From: Octopus sinensis
Taxonomy: Eukaryota
Assembly (NCBI RefSeq): GCF_006345805.1
Contig: NC_043004.1
Span: 48,670,001 to 48,734,000 of the forward strand
Length of the DNA: 64,000 nucleotides
Reading direction: 5' to 3'
The translations under genes and the position numbers were made by a program. Under the pieces are notes generated by a model. The model ran no database searches. It was not told the DNA's origin and saw only the letters and a program-made list of their open reading frames with translations. Each line of letters begins with the position of its first letter. The stretch's first letter is position 1. Below, one piece after another: positions 61,800 to 64,000 of the stretch.

Positions 61800-62540
61800 T
61801 CGTCGCCAGCTACAAAAATAGGGGAGACAAATCACTTCTGTCCTATACTGGAGAAGGTCTTGGTCAAACTCATACTCAACAGACTGGACCAATCTATATC
61901 AGAAACCATCACTCCAGAGTCACAATGCAGCTTACACAGGGATTGAGATACAATCAATATAATGTGCATTATAAATGCAGCTTCTAAGAAAATACAGAAT
62001 GCAAGACCAGGACCTGCTCACTGGGTTTGTGGATCCAGCAAAGGTCTTCGAAATAACCAAGAAAGAAAGGGATCTTCTCTGAAACTTTAGTTGCTCGCCC
62101 TAGTTTGTGACTAGTCTTACATTTCTACATTTCTGTAATGGCCTAAGTTACTGTTGTTGAAGGGCAGAAATCTGAACCCAGATTCGGGTATAACTCTGTG
62201 CTGGCTCCTGTCTTGTGAGTCACTCACTCCTTCCTCATTCTTTTGTGAATCAATGTTAAGCAGATGGATAGAAAGGAGAAATGCTAGTCACTTGTAACTA
62301 CTGACTCGATGGAAACTTTTTCAATATCAGAAAGCTGCCATCATCAAGTTCAGATCTGAACGTGTCATTGAATAACAGTTATTGGCTAAACTGGCAAAAT
62401 GACCATTCCAAAATACAACAATATATGTTGATGACTGCCCTCTATAGCCTTCACTCAGGAAGACTTTCAAGCCATAATTTCATTCACGCACAGCTTCGAT
62501 ATTCAGAGTGGTCTACCTCCTGAAAATGTCGATCGTATTA
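61800..62540 (+). pseudogene. Decayed RTE (BovB-like) RT fragment
   Basis: SLLSYTG..KVLVKLILNRLDQSISETITPESQCS, then GFVD..KVF, then GNFFNIRKL and YVDDCPL (YADDCAL-like), with frameshifts. Confidence 0.75.
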
Positions 62541-62640
62541 TAAATTTCTAACTAAAGGATTCAATTTTGCATTAATATCTGGTCCTAGATAGATAGAGAG
62601 GGTGGGGGAGTAAATAGTAAGAGAGAGAGAGGGAGAATAG

Positions 62641-63590
62641 TATTAGGTCATCCCTTAAATAGTCCAGCTTTTAATACTTCTTTTATTTTTCAAAATTTAG
62701 ATAAAGTTATTTTTTTAATCTAAAATACACACTCCTTCATTTTCTACAATGCTCTTCAATCTATCTTGTAGACTTGCAAGGCCCCTCTTCCAAAATTCAC
62801 TTGTCTGTGATGAAAAATCTCCTCCAGTACTGTCCTGATATTAAAATCAAAGATGGTCGTTTTTCTTCTAGTGCTGACTTAAGCCGCTCAAGCTGCTCGC
62901 AGTAGATCTCCTTTGTTATCATTTGGTTTGGGTTTAAAAGTTCAAAGTGGACTAAACCTTTCATATCCCACCAAACAGAAAACAACACCTTACATGGGTG
63001 AAGACCTTCTTTAGCCTGGGGGGTGCTGGTGTTTCTCGTTTACCAACCTACTGTCTTAGGTGCTTGACATTTTTATAGAGAAGCCATTTCTCATCACCAG
63101 TCACTATTCAGTCCAAAAAAGGTTCATTTGTGAGACGTGACAGCAAAGTAGAGCACACATTCACTCTCTGCGCACAATTAGACTTGGAAAGTTTGTGAGG
63201 ACCCAATTTGCTGACTTTTCTGATGGCACGCAGGTGTTGATGAATGGTTGAATGACCAAATCCAAGCTTCTCTGCTAGTTCCCCAAAAGTTACGATGGGA
63301 TTTTGTTCCACCAGGATTTGCAGGACGTCCTCGTCGAGCTCTACAGATCTTCCAGGACGAGGCTTGTGTTCTTGGCTGTAGTTCCCGGTTTGGAATTTCT
63401 GGAAACACCATTGACACTAGCTTACGCTTATTACGATCCCCATGTACTGCATTAATATTCCTCGCACTTTCCGTTGTAAAATATGCCGAATATGCCCCTT
63501 TGTCACTTCCTTTATAGTTTTGAAAAAATAACTGAAAATCGAATAGCACTGTTCAAAACTTGCACTAAGAATAAGTAACTTTTAATTACC
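62641..63590 (-). mobile_element. Internally deleted mariner
   Basis: Minus strand: HIRHIL, WCFQKF..GN, EQNPIVTFGELAEKLG, MLFSVWWDMKG, YCEQLERL, then a jump to SEFWKRGLASL..IVENEG; the DNA..H/SPDLAP segment is absent; left TIR tattaggtcatccc. Confidence 0.88.
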
Positions 63591-64000
63591 CACAAGGGGC
63601 TGGTATAGAGGGGACAACACAAAAACGTGGGGACACATAACATGAAAAAAATAAAATAAAAAAAATAAAATTTAAAATATGGTAACATGAATGATACATG
63701 AAAATGAAACATGAAAGTGAGTTGCTTGCCTCACCTCAAGTAGCAAAACTTATTTCCTTCTGAATCCCAAGTCCTTCAAAATGTCCAATCCGAATTTTTC
63801 TCAGTTCTTCATATTCTACTTTTACCGGTATCCTTTACAGGTTCACATCAGTCTTCCAATATTTACAACCTTTTTTATATTTTGCAATCACTTCCTTCAG
63901 GCTCTGAGACACGTGTACACACATGTGCCAACCCACAACATTCGTGTATCCCTCCACATCCACAAATTTTGCTGTCTTCCTCCTTGTTACCTCATTTATT

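Overview
AT-rich, repeat-saturated animal genomic DNA. The tRNA-derived SINE repertoire and (TA)n/(CA)n density suggest a coleoid cephalopod such as Octopus; this is inference. I could not recognise any intact host protein-coding exon. Every protein-like ORF is a transposon relic: three mariner copies (one full length with TIRs), two RTE-clade RT fragments, two young CR1 3' ends plus an older CR1/L2-like RT, a fragmented Penelope-like element (RT plus GIY-YIG), a doubly truncated R2-like RT piece inside a 33-bp minisatellite, and possibly a decayed L1/Tx1. At least five SINE families and several MITEs (mariner-, hAT-, piggyBac- and Merlin-like) are also present. The most notable signals are five. 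(1) Several families of minimal type-I hammerhead-ribozyme-like motifs with palindromic stem III lie in (TA)n-flanked Penelope-end-like repeats, and one follows a tRNA-like cloverleaf. (2) Locally templated insertions occur around the 33-bp array. (3) A sharp CpG-depleted to CpG-retaining switch lies near 36.6 kb. (4) A TATA/CCAAT promoter-like island at 44.1-44.3 kb sits next to a roughly 480-bp foldback element. (5) A satellite is rich in RFX X-box-like motifs. Boundaries of degenerate repeats are approximate and were read by eye.
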